Source of the DNA: an uncultured Nitrososphaerota archaeon | Lineage (GTDB): Archaea; Thermoproteota; Nitrososphaeria; Nitrososphaerales; Nitrosopumilaceae | NCBI GenBank assembly: GCA_963701075.1 | Contig: OY969559.1 | Coordinates: 192,001-256,000 of the forward strand | Length of the DNA: 64,000 nt | Direction: 5' to 3' | Shown: positions 51,279 through 61,668 of the stretch, one piece after another | Layout: each line of letters opens with the position of its first letter | Numbering within the stretch: position 1 is the stretch's first letter | The notes under the pieces: model-generated | The model's input: only the letters and a program-made list of their open reading frames with translations | Told to the model about the DNA's origin: nothing | The model's database searches: none | Position numbers and translations under genes: made by a program

Positions 51279-51503
51279 TTACAAGAGAGTGATAAATTCC
51301 TCAACTGTCAATTCCGCCTCTTCCAATATAGCCTTCAACGTACCTTTGGCTATCTCTTTATGATTTGGTACTGTCAGTCTTTTATGCGGATGTTCTCTAT
51401 GTCTTAAAATTATATGACTTCCAGTTTGATGATCTGTATCGTACCCAATTTTTGATAATACCTTGATTACTTTTATGGCTGAAACTATTGGAATTTTAGG
51501 CAC
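51279..51503 (-). CDS. hicA: HicA mRNA interferase toxin
   Basis: QTGSHIIL; TVPNH.EI..GTL..IL. Confidence 0.93.
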   Translation of the reverse strand: MPKIPIVSAIKVIKVLSKIGYDTDHQTGSHIILRHREHPHKRLTVPNHKEIAKGTLKAILEEAELTVEEFITLL

Positions 51504-51705
51504 TTACTTCAACCAATTCTTCTTCTACATTTGGGAGAGGCTCATTATGTTTTTTTAGGCTTTGCAAGTATCCACGTACTGCATCCTTGATGTTAGTCAA
51601 AGCATCTTCTCGTGTCTTGCCCTGCGAGATACAACCTGGTAAGGATGGACATTTTGCTACAAATATGCCGTCCTCATCTTGCTGTATCAATATTCGATAT
51701 TTCAT
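51496..51705 (-). CDS. hicB: HicB antitoxin
   Basis: DEDG.FVA.CPSLPGCISQG.TREDAL.NI. Confidence 0.93.
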   Translation of the reverse strand: MKYRILIQQDEDGIFVAKCPSLPGCISQGKTREDALTNIKDAVRGYLQSLKKHNEPLPNVEEELVEVSA

Positions 51706-51782
51706 TACTATTGTCCTTTGTGTTTTTTATTTACTTAAACGTTAACTTCTAGTATTTTATTATGTCTTTGACTAGTCAAATA

Positions 51783-53058
51783 GGTTCTGTCAACTTGATG
51801 GCTCATCCTACAAGTAAACTCGGCGCAATCTGCTCCACATCTTTGGACTGCTTCATCGCTTCATCTTGCACTGCGTCAGGCTCGAACCGTGCTGGTTCTT
51901 TCTGTTTCAGCATTGCCAAGCCTCTAGCCAGAATGTTTCTGCTGGCGTTTTTGTCCCTGTCTATTATAACACAACAGGTCGGACATCTCATCATTCGATG
52001 CTCTTCGGGTATCATTTTTGACCCACATACCGCACACTTCGATGAAGTCCCATTTGGTTTTACATAAATCACTTCAAGGCCGTTACAATCAACTGACTTG
52101 TATTTGATCATCTTTTGCAACTTGAATCGTGACCACGAGTTTAGTCTGAATCTAAACCTTTTTCCCTGACCGTTTCCTTTTCTGTACAATTTTCTTATTC
52201 CAGTGAGATTCTCCATTATGACCTGCCTGCCCTGTGATACAATCTCACTTGATTTCTGGTGCAGGAATGTATCTTCTCTGTTCTTTTGTTTCTTGCCATA
52301 TTTTTGTTTGAGTCTCTTCTGTATTCTGGCATCGTTTCTTGTAAAGTGCGACAGTACATCTCTGTATTTTGCCTTCATTGATGCAATATCAGACATGTCT
52401 AGTACCATGGTGGTGCTGGTTTCGTCCGTGCCAGTTGCGTTCTCAAGGTTCATGTCAATTCCAATGTATCCAGCCGGTTCCTTTCTTGATATCCCTCTTG
52501 TATAAGATATGGATAATTTTTTACCAGTTAATGTAATCTCTCCTAGTTTCAGACCTGGTTGTAGTAGAACATTATAGACATGGTGATTGAGAGGGATGTA
52601 GACAAACTGTCTTGGTCTAACCGGAAACTTGAGGTGGTTGTGGACTAGCTCGTATCTCTGGTTATCAATTACAAGTATGCGTCTTTTCATGAATGGTATC
52701 TTTACACTTGCATTCTTCTTTTTAGCTCGACGATAGTTTTTGAGCATGGCACAAGCCTTCCAGATTGCAGTGTAGACATATCCAGAATACATCATCTTGT
52801 TGAATTTTGGGTAGACAAGACTACGCAGTTTGAATCGTGAAGTGATACCATGTTTGATACCAAGCCTTATTGCCTCGTTTACAACAGACCTGAAATCCTC
52901 CATCACTGGCACAATCTCAGTACAGCTATGATTCTGTGTTGCACACTTGACTGATAACATTGTAGGCTTTTGATATCTCTGATCTTCTTAAGAAGGAGGT
53001 AATTGTGATATGTCGCAAGTTTACAATGTCTGCCACGAGCCATCAAGTTGGCAGAACC
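51783..53058 (-). mobile_element. 1276-bp non-autonomous TnpB element with 22-bp TIRs and 8-bp TSD
   Basis: ggttctgtcaacttgatggctc (51783-51804) and gagccatcaagttggcagaacc (53037-53058); gtcaaata at 51775-51782 and 53059-53066. Confidence 0.92.
51803..52960 (-). CDS. tnpB: TnpB RNA-guided endonuclease
   Basis: RuvC GIDMN, IMENL and DRDKNASRNI; zinc finger TSSKCAVCG..CPTC. Confidence 0.93.
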   Translation of the reverse strand: MLSVKCATQNHSCTEIVPVMEDFRSVVNEAIRLGIKHGITSRFKLRSLVYPKFNKMMYSGYVYTAIWKACAMLKNYRRAKKKNASVKIPFMKRRILVIDNQRYELVHNHLKFPVRPRQFVYIPLNHHVYNVLLQPGLKLGEITLTGKKLSISYTRGISRKEPAGYIGIDMNLENATGTDETSTTMVLDMSDIASMKAKYRDVLSHFTRNDARIQKRLKQKYGKKQKNREDTFLHQKSSEIVSQGRQVIMENLTGIRKLYRKGNGQGKRFRFRLNSWSRFKLQKMIKYKSVDCNGLEVIYVKPNGTSSKCAVCGSKMIPEEHRMMRCPTCCVIIDRDKNASRNILARGLAMLKQKEPARFEPDAVQDEAMKQSKDVEQIAPSLLVG

Positions 53059-53100
53059 GTCAAATAACATTATTAATGGAACTAAATAGAATTCCAACGA

Positions 53101-53173
53101 AGCCCGGTAGTGTAGCGGTCAAGCATAGGGGCCTTTGGAGCCCTTGACCCCAGTTCGAATCTGGGCCGGGCTA
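53101..53173 (+). tRNA. tRNA-Gln(TTG)
   Basis: agcccgg/ccgggct acceptor stem, ggggc-ct-ttg-ga-gccct anticodon arm, gttcgaatc T-loop. Confidence 0.95.
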
Positions 53174-53227
53174 CTTTTAAAATCAAATTCCTCAAAATAT
53201 CATCACATGTAGTTCATGTGCGGCACA

Positions 53228-53449
53228 TTAACTGGCGGCATAAGATGCGGCAAGATAGTTATTCCAACCAGAACCGGTACAACAAACAAGAGTACAGGTA
53301 TTGTAGCAAGAAGTATTCCAAGCAAGAGACAGACTTCTGGCCTTTTTTGGATCATCATCACGAATAACAAAATATGCAACTATTCCTCCCAGTACGTTAA
53401 ACACAATAGGCAACAGGAACCATAGACTGCTTCTTCTTCTAATTTGCAC
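53228..53449 (-). CDS. Small membrane protein, possibly frameshifted
   Basis: RSSLWFLLPIVFNVLGGIVAYFVIRDDDPKKA, then loses hydrophobic character. Confidence 0.5.
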   Translation of the reverse strand: MQIRRRSSLWFLLPIVFNVLGGIVAYFVIRDDDPKKARSLSLAWNTSCYNTCTLVCCTGSGWNNYLAASYAAS

Positions 53450-53502
53450 GGTATAGATAACACGTTTTTTACATTTAAACCATGTCTGCAGGCACGCCCG
53501 GT

Positions 53503-54196
53503 TTACAGATGCATCTTTGCTAATGCGTGTTCTAGTGATTTGTGTATCACATAGAACGGCATGCTGTCACTTACACTTTGTGTTCCTGAATATGGGTTGC
53601 ATATTTCATATCCAGCAAATCCATTTGCATTCTGGTGGAATGTAGCCAGTGCTTCTGCAAGGCAGACTGGATTTGTCATTACTGGAGAGGTTACATCTCC
53701 ACCTGCCGACTTGCTGCCAACTACTTCAACTTGAGATACATCATTGACGACGACTACACCGGAGAGTAGGTTATTGATTCCACTAGAAGTAGATGCTATA
53801 CTGTTTGGCAACAGCACTGGAGTCGTGTTAGTATACAATGTCAATGTAGTTCCAGATATGGTATAGTGAGCTGTCTTGTCTACCCAGGCGTAGTTACTGT
53901 TAACAGATCTTTGGAATTGAATTACGTAGACTACATCCAGGATTGGACTGGTTAGTTAGTTCCTGCACTAGACCAATATACGAATATGTCTCGTTATGCT
54001 GTGTCAGCACTTTTTCAGTCATATTAACTACTTTGGAGTTGATAGACTGGTCTATGGGTTGCAAGACACAGACTGTCTTCTGTGTTACCTGGGCATGAGC
54101 AGTCATTGCGGGTATCACACATGTATCTACTGAAAAGAGAACCATCAGAGATATGGCGGCCAGTATCACCGGTTTCCAGCTTGCAAACTCAGACAA
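53503..54196 (-). pseudogene. Secreted protein split by a frameshift near 53955
   Basis: Signal peptide in 53900-54196; removing one ctaa of ctaactaac joins it in frame to 53503-53844. Confidence 0.55.
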
Positions 54197-54362
54197 GTGG
54201 GACCTCCGCCAGCTTTAGATTGTTTTTTGATACGTAGAAATCAACTATAATATCAAGTTCATTTGAGATGGTTCTCTTTTCAAGATCAGACAGTTGCCTC
54301 AATTTCTTAAAGACTGCTTCCTTGAGTGTAGCCGTTGTGAATCCTTTGGCTTTCTTGCCCAT
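54189..54362 (-). CDS. Small RHH-like DNA-binding protein (57 aa, not in ORF track)
   Basis: MGKKAKGFTTATLKEAVFKKLRQLSDLEKRTISNELDIIVDFY. Confidence 0.65.
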   Translation of the reverse strand: MGKKAKGFTTATLKEAVFKKLRQLSDLEKRTISNELDIIVDFYVSKNNLKLAEVPLV

Positions 54363-54465
54363 ACAGTAACTTTACTGTATATTGTAATATAAAAATCTAC
54401 AGTAATTTTACTGTACGTATATCCAAAGTTAATCTTAAATGAACAAATACGGTAACTTTACCGTA
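54362..54465. promoter_or_regulatory. Three 18-bp palindromic operators between divergent RHH genes
   Basis: tacagtaactttactgta (54362), tacagtaattttactgta (54398), tacggtaactttaccgta (54448). Confidence 0.8.
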
Positions 54466-54653
54466 TGGCAAGAAAGGACTGGGTCAGCGCAAACATCCCT
54501 GTGGGACTGGCAGAGAGACTGGACGAGTTTCTAAAGACAGAGGATTCCTACAAGATGGGCTTTACCAGTAGAAACCAGATAATTGTAGATATAGTCAAGG
54601 ACTTTTTGCAGACGTGGGAATCCAAAGGCGAGAAACGTAGATCAAAAGGCTAG
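54465..54653 (+). CDS. RHH (CopG-like) regulator
   Basis: WVSANIP..L...LDEFL....GFTSRNQII...VKDFL. Confidence 0.75.
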   Translation: MARKDWVSANIPVGLAERLDEFLKTEDSYKMGFTSRNQIIVDIVKDFLQTWESKGEKRRSKG

Positions 54654-54664
54654 GGGCACATTTA

Positions 54665-55426
54665 CTATATCTCAAGTCTTGAAAGCAATTTTGTTGCTAT
54701 ACTAAAAAATACCACAGCAAGAACAGTCAGAACAATCATCTCGTACCCAGTGGTACCAGTAAAGTTGCCAAATATTCCAGCACGCACCACATCGACAAGA
54801 TATGTCAGTGGATTGAGATAAAATGCCGTTGCAAGAATTGGAGGAGCACCCTGTGCAGGATAAAATGCGGTACTTACAAATGCAAAAAACAAAAATGCCG
54901 TATTGATTACCACATTGAACCCCTCGCTTGATTTTAGCCTGGTGGATATGATGGATGCAATGGAGCCAAATAGTATGGCACCAGTCATTGAAGCAAAGAC
55001 AACAAGAGGTATGGTCAGTACATTAAACTCTACTGACTTGAAAAATATGGGATACCCAATTGCTGTTATCAATCCAGCAGATACAAGCCCAATGATTCCA
55101 ATTGTATATACATTTGACAGGATATATTGCGCGCGGGTAAATGGACCGACCAAAATCTGCTCAAACATTCCATGCCTTCGGTCATTCCAGATTATGATAC
55201 CGGAGATCAGGGTGCTGTTCATTATATTAAAGCCAATCATGCCAGATGCGATAAATGCAGGATAGTTGAGACTCTTTGAGCCAAACGGGACACTGTGAAT
55301 CAGTGCAGTATATGCAAACCCTGCAACGAAAATATAGATGACAGGAAATATCACCTGCCATATCACAAAGCCCATGTTGAGCGATATGGTAAGATTTCTA
55401 TTTACCAGACGAAATATTGGATGCAT
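54665..55426 (-). CDS. ABC-2 type transporter permease
   Basis: DRRHGMFEQIL..P; NPLTYLVD. Confidence 0.92.
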   Translation of the reverse strand: MHPIFRLVNRNLTISLNMGFVIWQVIFPVIYIFVAGFAYTALIHSVPFGSKSLNYPAFIASGMIGFNIMNSTLISGIIIWNDRRHGMFEQILVGPFTRAQYILSNVYTIGIIGLVSAGLITAIGYPIFFKSVEFNVLTIPLVVFASMTGAILFGSIASIISTRLKSSEGFNVVINTAFLFFAFVSTAFYPAQGAPPILATAFYLNPLTYLVDVVRAGIFGNFTGTTGYEMIVLTVLAVVFFSIATKLLSRLEI

Positions 55427-56348
55427 TGGAATTTTTCACCACTGTAAGAAAGATCTCCTCGAGGCTTGTTGGGACCACACTCAAGTCCTCTATTGGGATA
55501 TTGTTTGATTGTAATACCTGCAAAATTTTTACCAAAACCTGCTCCGAGTCTGCAGAATGTATTGTAATAACAGTACCTTCATCATGGGAAACCTCATAGT
55601 TTCCAACCCCCTGCAATATACCTGAGATCTCTTGCATGTGTCCTATGCGAATCTTGATTGTCTTTTCCCTTCCAAACTTGTTTTTGAGCTCGTCCGGGGT
55701 ATCAACAGCAATAATTTTTCCCCGGTTTATTATGGCAATCTCGTCGCATAGATATTCTGCCTCCTCAAGTATGTGTGTTGTAAAAAATATCGTCAACCCA
55801 TCGCGCACCTTTCCCTTGATATAGTCAAGCAGTCCCCTTCGTGCAGATGGGTCAAGCCCTGCTGTTGGCTCGTCTAAAAACAAGAGATCCATGTCATGCA
55901 TAAACTCTCGTGCAACCTGGACCCGTCTTCTCTGTCCAATAGAGATATCATCATTCTTCTTTTTTCTTATATCCTGCAGGTCAAAAGCCGTGAGAAGTTC
56001 CTCCACCCTGTCGCGTCTTGTCTTGATATCGATATCCCACATCATGCCATACTTCTCAAGGGATTTTTCTACAGTAAGTGTTGGTTCGTAGCTTGGCTGC
56101 TGTAACACCACGCCAATCTTTTTTCGCACATCAAGAGGGTGTCGCGATGCATCAATTCCAAGAATAGTGATAGTACCGCTGCTTGGAGGAATCAATGTAG
56201 TCAAAAGTTTCATGGTGGTTGTCTTGCCAGCACCATTTGGCCCCAAAAATCCAAATATCTTGCCAGACTCTACTGACAAATCAATGCCATCAACTGCTGT
56301 GACATTTCCATATGATCTAAAAAGAGATTTTGCCTCGATGCAGAGCAT
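55398..56348 (-). CDS. ABC transporter ATP-binding protein
   Basis: GPNGAGKTT, ISIGQ, FLDEPT. Confidence 0.95.
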   Translation of the reverse strand: MLCIEAKSLFRSYGNVTAVDGIDLSVESGKIFGFLGPNGAGKTTTMKLLTTLIPPSSGTITILGIDASRHPLDVRKKIGVVLQQPSYEPTLTVEKSLEKYGMMWDIDIKTRRDRVEELLTAFDLQDIRKKKNDDISIGQRRRVQVAREFMHDMDLLFLDEPTAGLDPSARRGLLDYIKGKVRDGLTIFFTTHILEEAEYLCDEIAIINRGKIIAVDTPDELKNKFGREKTIKIRIGHMQEISGILQGVGNYEVSHDEGTVITIHSADSEQVLVKILQVLQSNNIPIEDLSVVPTSLEEIFLTVVKNSNASNISSGK

Positions 56349-56374
56349 TTAATGACTTTCTTTCTCCTACTAAT

Positions 56375-56677
56375 TTATCTACTGAAATTCAGACTTTTTG
56401 TTAAATGCGGTTTCATTTTTGAATTTATTCTCTTTGGCTGAGCATATTGATAGACTTCTTGCAGCCGTTTAGGGTTTAATGCAAACTGCGGACCATAAGA
56501 CGTTGGATGCTGTAAGACCAGATTTTCTTTTACCAGTTTTTTTAATTTCTTATCGATATCACCCTTTAGATGAGAAGGAAACCCAGTTTTCAAGTTCTCA
56601 AGCGAGATGTGTTTTTTGCCTATCCTGTTATCATAATATAACTTTCTTAGAATGGCACTGCTTACATCATCCAGCAA
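56375..56677 (-). CDS. Small protein of unknown family A (paralog of 39069-39320)
   Basis: Near-colinear similarity to the 39069 ORF. Confidence 0.75.
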   Translation of the reverse strand: MLDDVSSAILRKLYYDNRIGKKHISLENLKTGFPSHLKGDIDKKLKKLVKENLVLQHPTSYGPQFALNPKRLQEVYQYAQPKRINSKMKPHLTKSLNFSR

Positions 56678-56771
56678 TGATTTTATGAGACAGCCTAGGC
56701 ATTTAACTATTATGTAATTATTTACCTAACAATAGGTAATTATATTAATAATATTAACAATAATACTAGAC

Positions 56772-57128
56772 ATGGTAAAAAGGGCTCTTTCGAAGAACAA
56801 GACATTACAAAACGGCCCACTAGAGAGCGTGTTTCCAGGAAGTACATCAAAGATTCTAGATTTCCTCGCAACTTTCAAAGATTGGGACTATTCCATATCA
56901 GACATTGCCAAGAATTCTGGAATCTCTTTTAAGACGGCATTGAACGAAATAAGAAATCTAGAACGGCAAGATGTAGTTTCCAGAACAAGGATTGTAGGAA
57001 AGGCCATAATGTATAAACTAAATCTAGAATCAAAACAAGGGTCCTACATTGACAAGCTAATATTTGAAATTGCCACAAAACGAGCTCTTGAAACAAAGAA
57101 TAGCGGCAAAGCTAAGATAACAGTGTAG
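56772..57128 (+). CDS. Winged-HTH protein (paralog of 39399-39887)
   Basis: GPLES.FP...SKILDFL.T...WDYS.SDIAK.SG.SFKTAL shared. Confidence 0.8.
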   Translation: MVKRALSKNKTLQNGPLESVFPGSTSKILDFLATFKDWDYSISDIAKNSGISFKTALNEIRNLERQDVVSRTRIVGKAIMYKLNLESKQGSYIDKLIFEIATKRALETKNSGKAKITV

Positions 57129-57246
57129 ATCGCCCAGATTAAAAGATCAACTTTTTTGTTACTAGAAAGTTGTCCAAGTATGAAATACAGTAGATCGCGG
57201 TAGGTCAAAAATTCTTATTAATACACAGATCTTAATTGAGTTTGAT

Positions 57247-58645
57247 TTGTCCGAATTTGATTCATTGATGAATAAACTTCTTGAGCAAAAACCAGAGATC
57301 TCAAGACAAGATATAGAAGAGATGATCCAAAAAAAGAAAGAAAAGATAGGCGCAGGTTATCTTACAGACCAAGGTGCCCTCTTTCTTATTGCGTCAGACC
57401 TTGGCGTATCATTGAGCGAGCCGTTAAAGGTCGAGATGGGCCTCAAGGACCTCTATGTTGGTGCAAAGGAGATTACACTTGAGACACGAGTGATGAATAT
57501 CTATCCAGCAAAGCAATTCTCAAGAAAGGACGGTACCCAGTTTCTTTTGCGTAACATGACAGTATATGACGGAGACTCTAGAGCAAAGGTAAAGCTATGG
57601 GATGAAAAGGCAAACCTTCCCGGAATAGAGAATCTCAAGCCAGGGGACCTCGTTAGGATAATCAAGGCATATGTAAAATCTGACATGAAGGGCAATCCGA
57701 TAATCAACGTCGGTTCAGGTTCCACAGTAGAGCCAAACAGCACACAAAGCAAGATCCCAGGCCTTGATGCAATAACAGACAACGTATCAAACGTAAAGGA
57801 GAACCAACAGAATCTAGTGGTATCAGGAATTTTGGATGGAAACATCCGCACTACAGAGTTTACTAATTTCAAGGGAGAGCCAAGCAAGGCATTGCAGCTT
57901 CGACTAAAGGGCAATGACGGTACAATAATTCGCGCCGTACTGTGGAACAAGGACGAGAACTCGGTTCCAAAGGTAGTCTCTCCTGGTGCAAAGGCAAGAT
58001 TGATTGGAGTTAACACAAAGATGGGCCAGATGGGACTTGAGCTTCATGGAGATGAGGGAACTGTACTGGAGATAGAGGGAGGAAAAGAGATAGAGAAAAT
58101 GGTTGTAAGAATTTTGTCTGCCGCAAAGAGTGAGTCGGGAAGCAGGCTGCTTGTTGTAACAGCACAAGACAAAAAGCTTAGTAAATATCGTAGATGCCTC
58201 TTCAATCACATCAAACCTCAGTGTTGGCGATGTCATCGAACTCTTGCCATCAAAGATATACGGGAACTCTGTGACAATTGAACAAGATTCCCCTGTAAAA
58301 AAAATTGATGATCAAAAGATGCCGACGTTATCAGATGTCAGGACAAAGATAAGAGATGTCAAGCCATCAGATGGAATCTATTGCGTCGAGGCCATAATTT
58401 TAAAAGCTCCACAAAAGCGCGAGGTACAAACAAAGACAGGCGAGTCCATCTCACTTTCCGAGACATTCATAGAAGATGACACAGGACAGATATGGCTCAA
58501 GGGCTGGCGCACACAAGCAAGGCTGCTAGAACAGTTCACCCAAGGTGAGATAATCAGCGTTACAGGTGTTACTGCAAAGCCAGGTCTTGAGGGAAGAACA
58601 GAGATATTTCTTACCGCATATTCAGTCGTTACAAAAAAGAACTAG
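57247..58645 (+). CDS. rpa: Replication protein A (multi-OB-fold SSB), frameshift near 58180
   Basis: GYLTDQGALFLIA.DLG N-terminus; OB folds with F.RKDG, LWD and DDTG; one extra base splits the ORF. Confidence 0.85.
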
Positions 58646-61418
58646 TTAGTCCCAGAATCCTCGCGTAGTAACATACTGTCTTTCTGCTTCGTATATCTGT
58701 CGGTAAAGTTCTTCTTCGCCTACCATGTTTCGCAGTATCCTTGCCCCAGTGTCTGCACCAACACCATATCCTGACAACACAACAAGTGCAGTACTTCCAA
58801 AATTTTCTAACAGCGATGAAACCTTCCACGCGCGATTGAACTTGTGGTCCTCCTCTGCGGTTATTTTTTTTCCTGCCGCCTTTTTTTGTACTATTTTTGA
58901 TAGGTCATAGTCAGAGTAAAACGTAGCAGAGACCTGCCTTGACTTGCAGTGCGGACAGACAAGCGCCCCCTTTACTTCACGGGTTTCTACCACTTTTTCC
59001 CACTTGCCGCAACGCATACAGACAAGCCTATGTTTTGTTTTGACAAGCCGTGCTTTTACCAAGTCAAGCACCCCCTTGTCCAAGTTTGCAGGAGACGAAT
59101 AGTATTTTGTGGTGTGATCAAGTATTGGCTCTGCAAGTTTTGAGAAACTATCAGCCTCAAACCACCGCAATGTTATGGTATCATTTCGTATACTTTCAAG
59201 AGTTTTAGCTGTTCCCTCCAAGTCATACTTGTCGTGGAAGAGCTCCCGCAGGGCTTCCTTTGCAAGTACAGTGGCAGAATATCTTTCATAGAGAAACCTT
59301 GCAGATTTTCTGTCATATACTGCCTCCCTGCCTACGATTCCAAATTTTTTTGCAACACACCAAGTTCTCCAGTTTACGTTATGTGTACCAGAAAGCGATG
59401 CACGAACAATTGACTCCAATTCATACTTGTCTTTTAGTACGGAAAGCACCGAGTCCTCGTTGATTCTCCCATTTGATGATATCATGATTCTATATGCATC
59501 AGACCTTGAATCAACAAGATATCCACTCTTTGCAGAAAGCATTGCAGAAAGAAGTGTGGCAAGTGTTGCGTTGATCCTAGTTCCAAAGCACGCATGAATT
59601 ACTATGGTGTTTCTAGCACGCTGCGATTCCACAACAATTGTTTTCTCGTCTGGAATTGCATCCATCTTTAGACTCTCAATTATCTTGTTTGCAAGAGGCT
59701 CAAGCTTTGTCTTGGTGCGATATAACCCCACTTTTCTTGCAGTGGCAAGATCAACTGGTATGTTCTCTCCCTCCCAGTATGGAACATTTATTCCAGCAGA
59801 CTGGACTGGTTCTACGTTTATCTTAAGTGAACTGTCATCAACGTTTAAAATTCTCCATTGCATCCCGCGCAACACAAAGACATTTCCTGGGTCGCCGTGG
59901 TCACCTACAAATCTCTGGTCAAGGCTTCCGATCATTTTTTTGGATACAGTATCGAGCACCTTGAATTTCAAAATATCAGGAATTGTGGACAGGTTTTCAA
60001 AAAAATACCTAAACGAGCGTCCCCTTTTTTTGAAGACCATCTCTTCTTTATCAAAAAATACAATCGAGCCGTTATGCAGTATATCTAGCACACCAAACAG
60101 GTCATCAAGTGTTGTATCTCTAAACGAATAGGCTTGGTTTATCATCTTTAGCGCAAAGTCAATTGGAACAGTTCCAAACTGCATTGTCATGCCAACCAAG
60201 TGGTGCGCCAGCACATCTAGTGCGCCATCATGAACTATTTGGTCCTCGATTGATTTTTCCCTGACACGTTCCAGTATAGCAAGTGCTTCAAACTCGTCGT
60301 CGGCATTGTTAGTTACAATCAGTCCCTTTGCAGACAAGCCCCTGCTGTGCTTGCTTCTGCCAATTCTTTGCACAAGTTTTGATACCTGCCTTGGTGAACC
60401 ATAGTGTATCACAAGTTCCACAGAGCCAATGTCAAGACCTCACTCAAGCGATGACGTGCAAACCACGATTCCAGGCCTTCCCTCCCTTAGAGTCTCCTCA
60501 GTTTCCTCCCGTACCTGTTGTGAGAGAGAACCGTGGTGCATATCTATTCGCAGACTGGACCTCTCCTTTAGGACGGATGCTAGATATTCTGACTCGCCAC
60601 GGGTATTTGTAAACAAGAGTACTGGCGAGTCTGCATAATTTTTGGTAACGTAATCTATGATGGAATCAACAACATCGGTTATGGTCCCGTCGATATACCT
60701 TACCTCAACGTCATACTTTCTAATTGAGCGGTCCTCAATTATCTTGCATCTTCTTTTTGTTCCTACCACAAACTTGGCGGCTTCTGATGTATTTCCCACT
60801 GTTGCAGAAAGACCAACCCTTGTTACAGGAAATTTTGTGTTTGTCTGCAGCCGCTCAAGGCTCAGCGATAGCTGTGCACCGCGCTCATTTCCCAGCAGCT
60901 CGTGCACTTCGTCTATTACAATCCACTCTCAGCTCGTCAAGTGCCTGTAACATTGCTGGCTGTGTCAGTAAAATTATGATTGTCTCAGGAGTTGTTATCA
61001 GTACGTCTGGTGGTTCAAGTGCAATCTTTTTCCTAACTGACTGCGATGTATCCCCATGACGAATCTGAATTGTAAGGCCCTCATTTTCCGCATACCCAAT
61101 TACTCTACGAAAGACATCCCTGTTTAGTGCCCGGAGTGGAGTGACATATAGTGTCTTAATCTTTCCATGTTTTTTTGACTTGGCAACCCTATCAAAGATT
61201 GGAATCACGGCAGTCTCTGTCTTGCCAGAGCCTGTTGGCGCAATAACTAGTGAATCAATCTTTTGATATATTACAGGAACAGCTTTTTTCTGGATCTCAG
61301 TTAGGTGCTCAAAACCAAGATTGCGAAACTTGTTCTCTAACTCAAGCGGTAGATGATGTAGATGAGTCTGATTCTTTTGCTTGTCTTGTTCTAGATCGCT
61401 CGTATACCATTGCACCAA
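58646..61418 (-). CDS. lhr: Lhr-like DEAD/DEAH helicase, broken by a frameshift (~60930) and an in-frame TGA (60440-60442)
   Basis: APTGSGKT, TPLRAL, TTPE, DEVH, LSAT, HHGSLS, SSLE*GLDIG, QRIGRS, C-terminal Zn finger. Confidence 0.88.
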
Positions 61419-61479
61419 CTATGCCAGCACCAAATAAGATAACTGTGATAATTGGTATCTGATCGAAAATTCCTGCCAT
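61342..61479 (-). CDS. Small single-TM protein (45 aa)
   Basis: MAGIFDQIPIITVILFGAGIVGAMVYERSR; overlaps the lhr 5' region. Confidence 0.4.
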   Translation of the reverse strand: MAGIFDQIPIITVILFGAGIVGAMVYERSRTRQAKESDSSTSSTA

Positions 61480-61668
61480 GAGTCACGTTACAACCACAGT
61501 GATAAATATCTTAGCTCAAGCAAGCAACTTGCACAGATTTATTCTAATTCAGTTCTCTTGAGATCATAATTTTATGATCTGGATGAGAGATCAGGATTAA
61601 GATATTAAGCTGCGATGAAATGTAAATGAAATGATTTTGTTAAATAGAAATCTTCGGTAAAGAAACCT

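Noticed and set aside
36218-54653. Complete provirus from terminase to tRNA-Gln
   Set aside because: No portal, capsid, tail, integrase or duplicated tRNA end was found
60440-60442. In-frame TGA in lhr as selenocysteine/recoding
   Set aside because: The position is a conserved Leu (TTA to TGA is one change) and the gene also has a frameshift; error or decay is simpler
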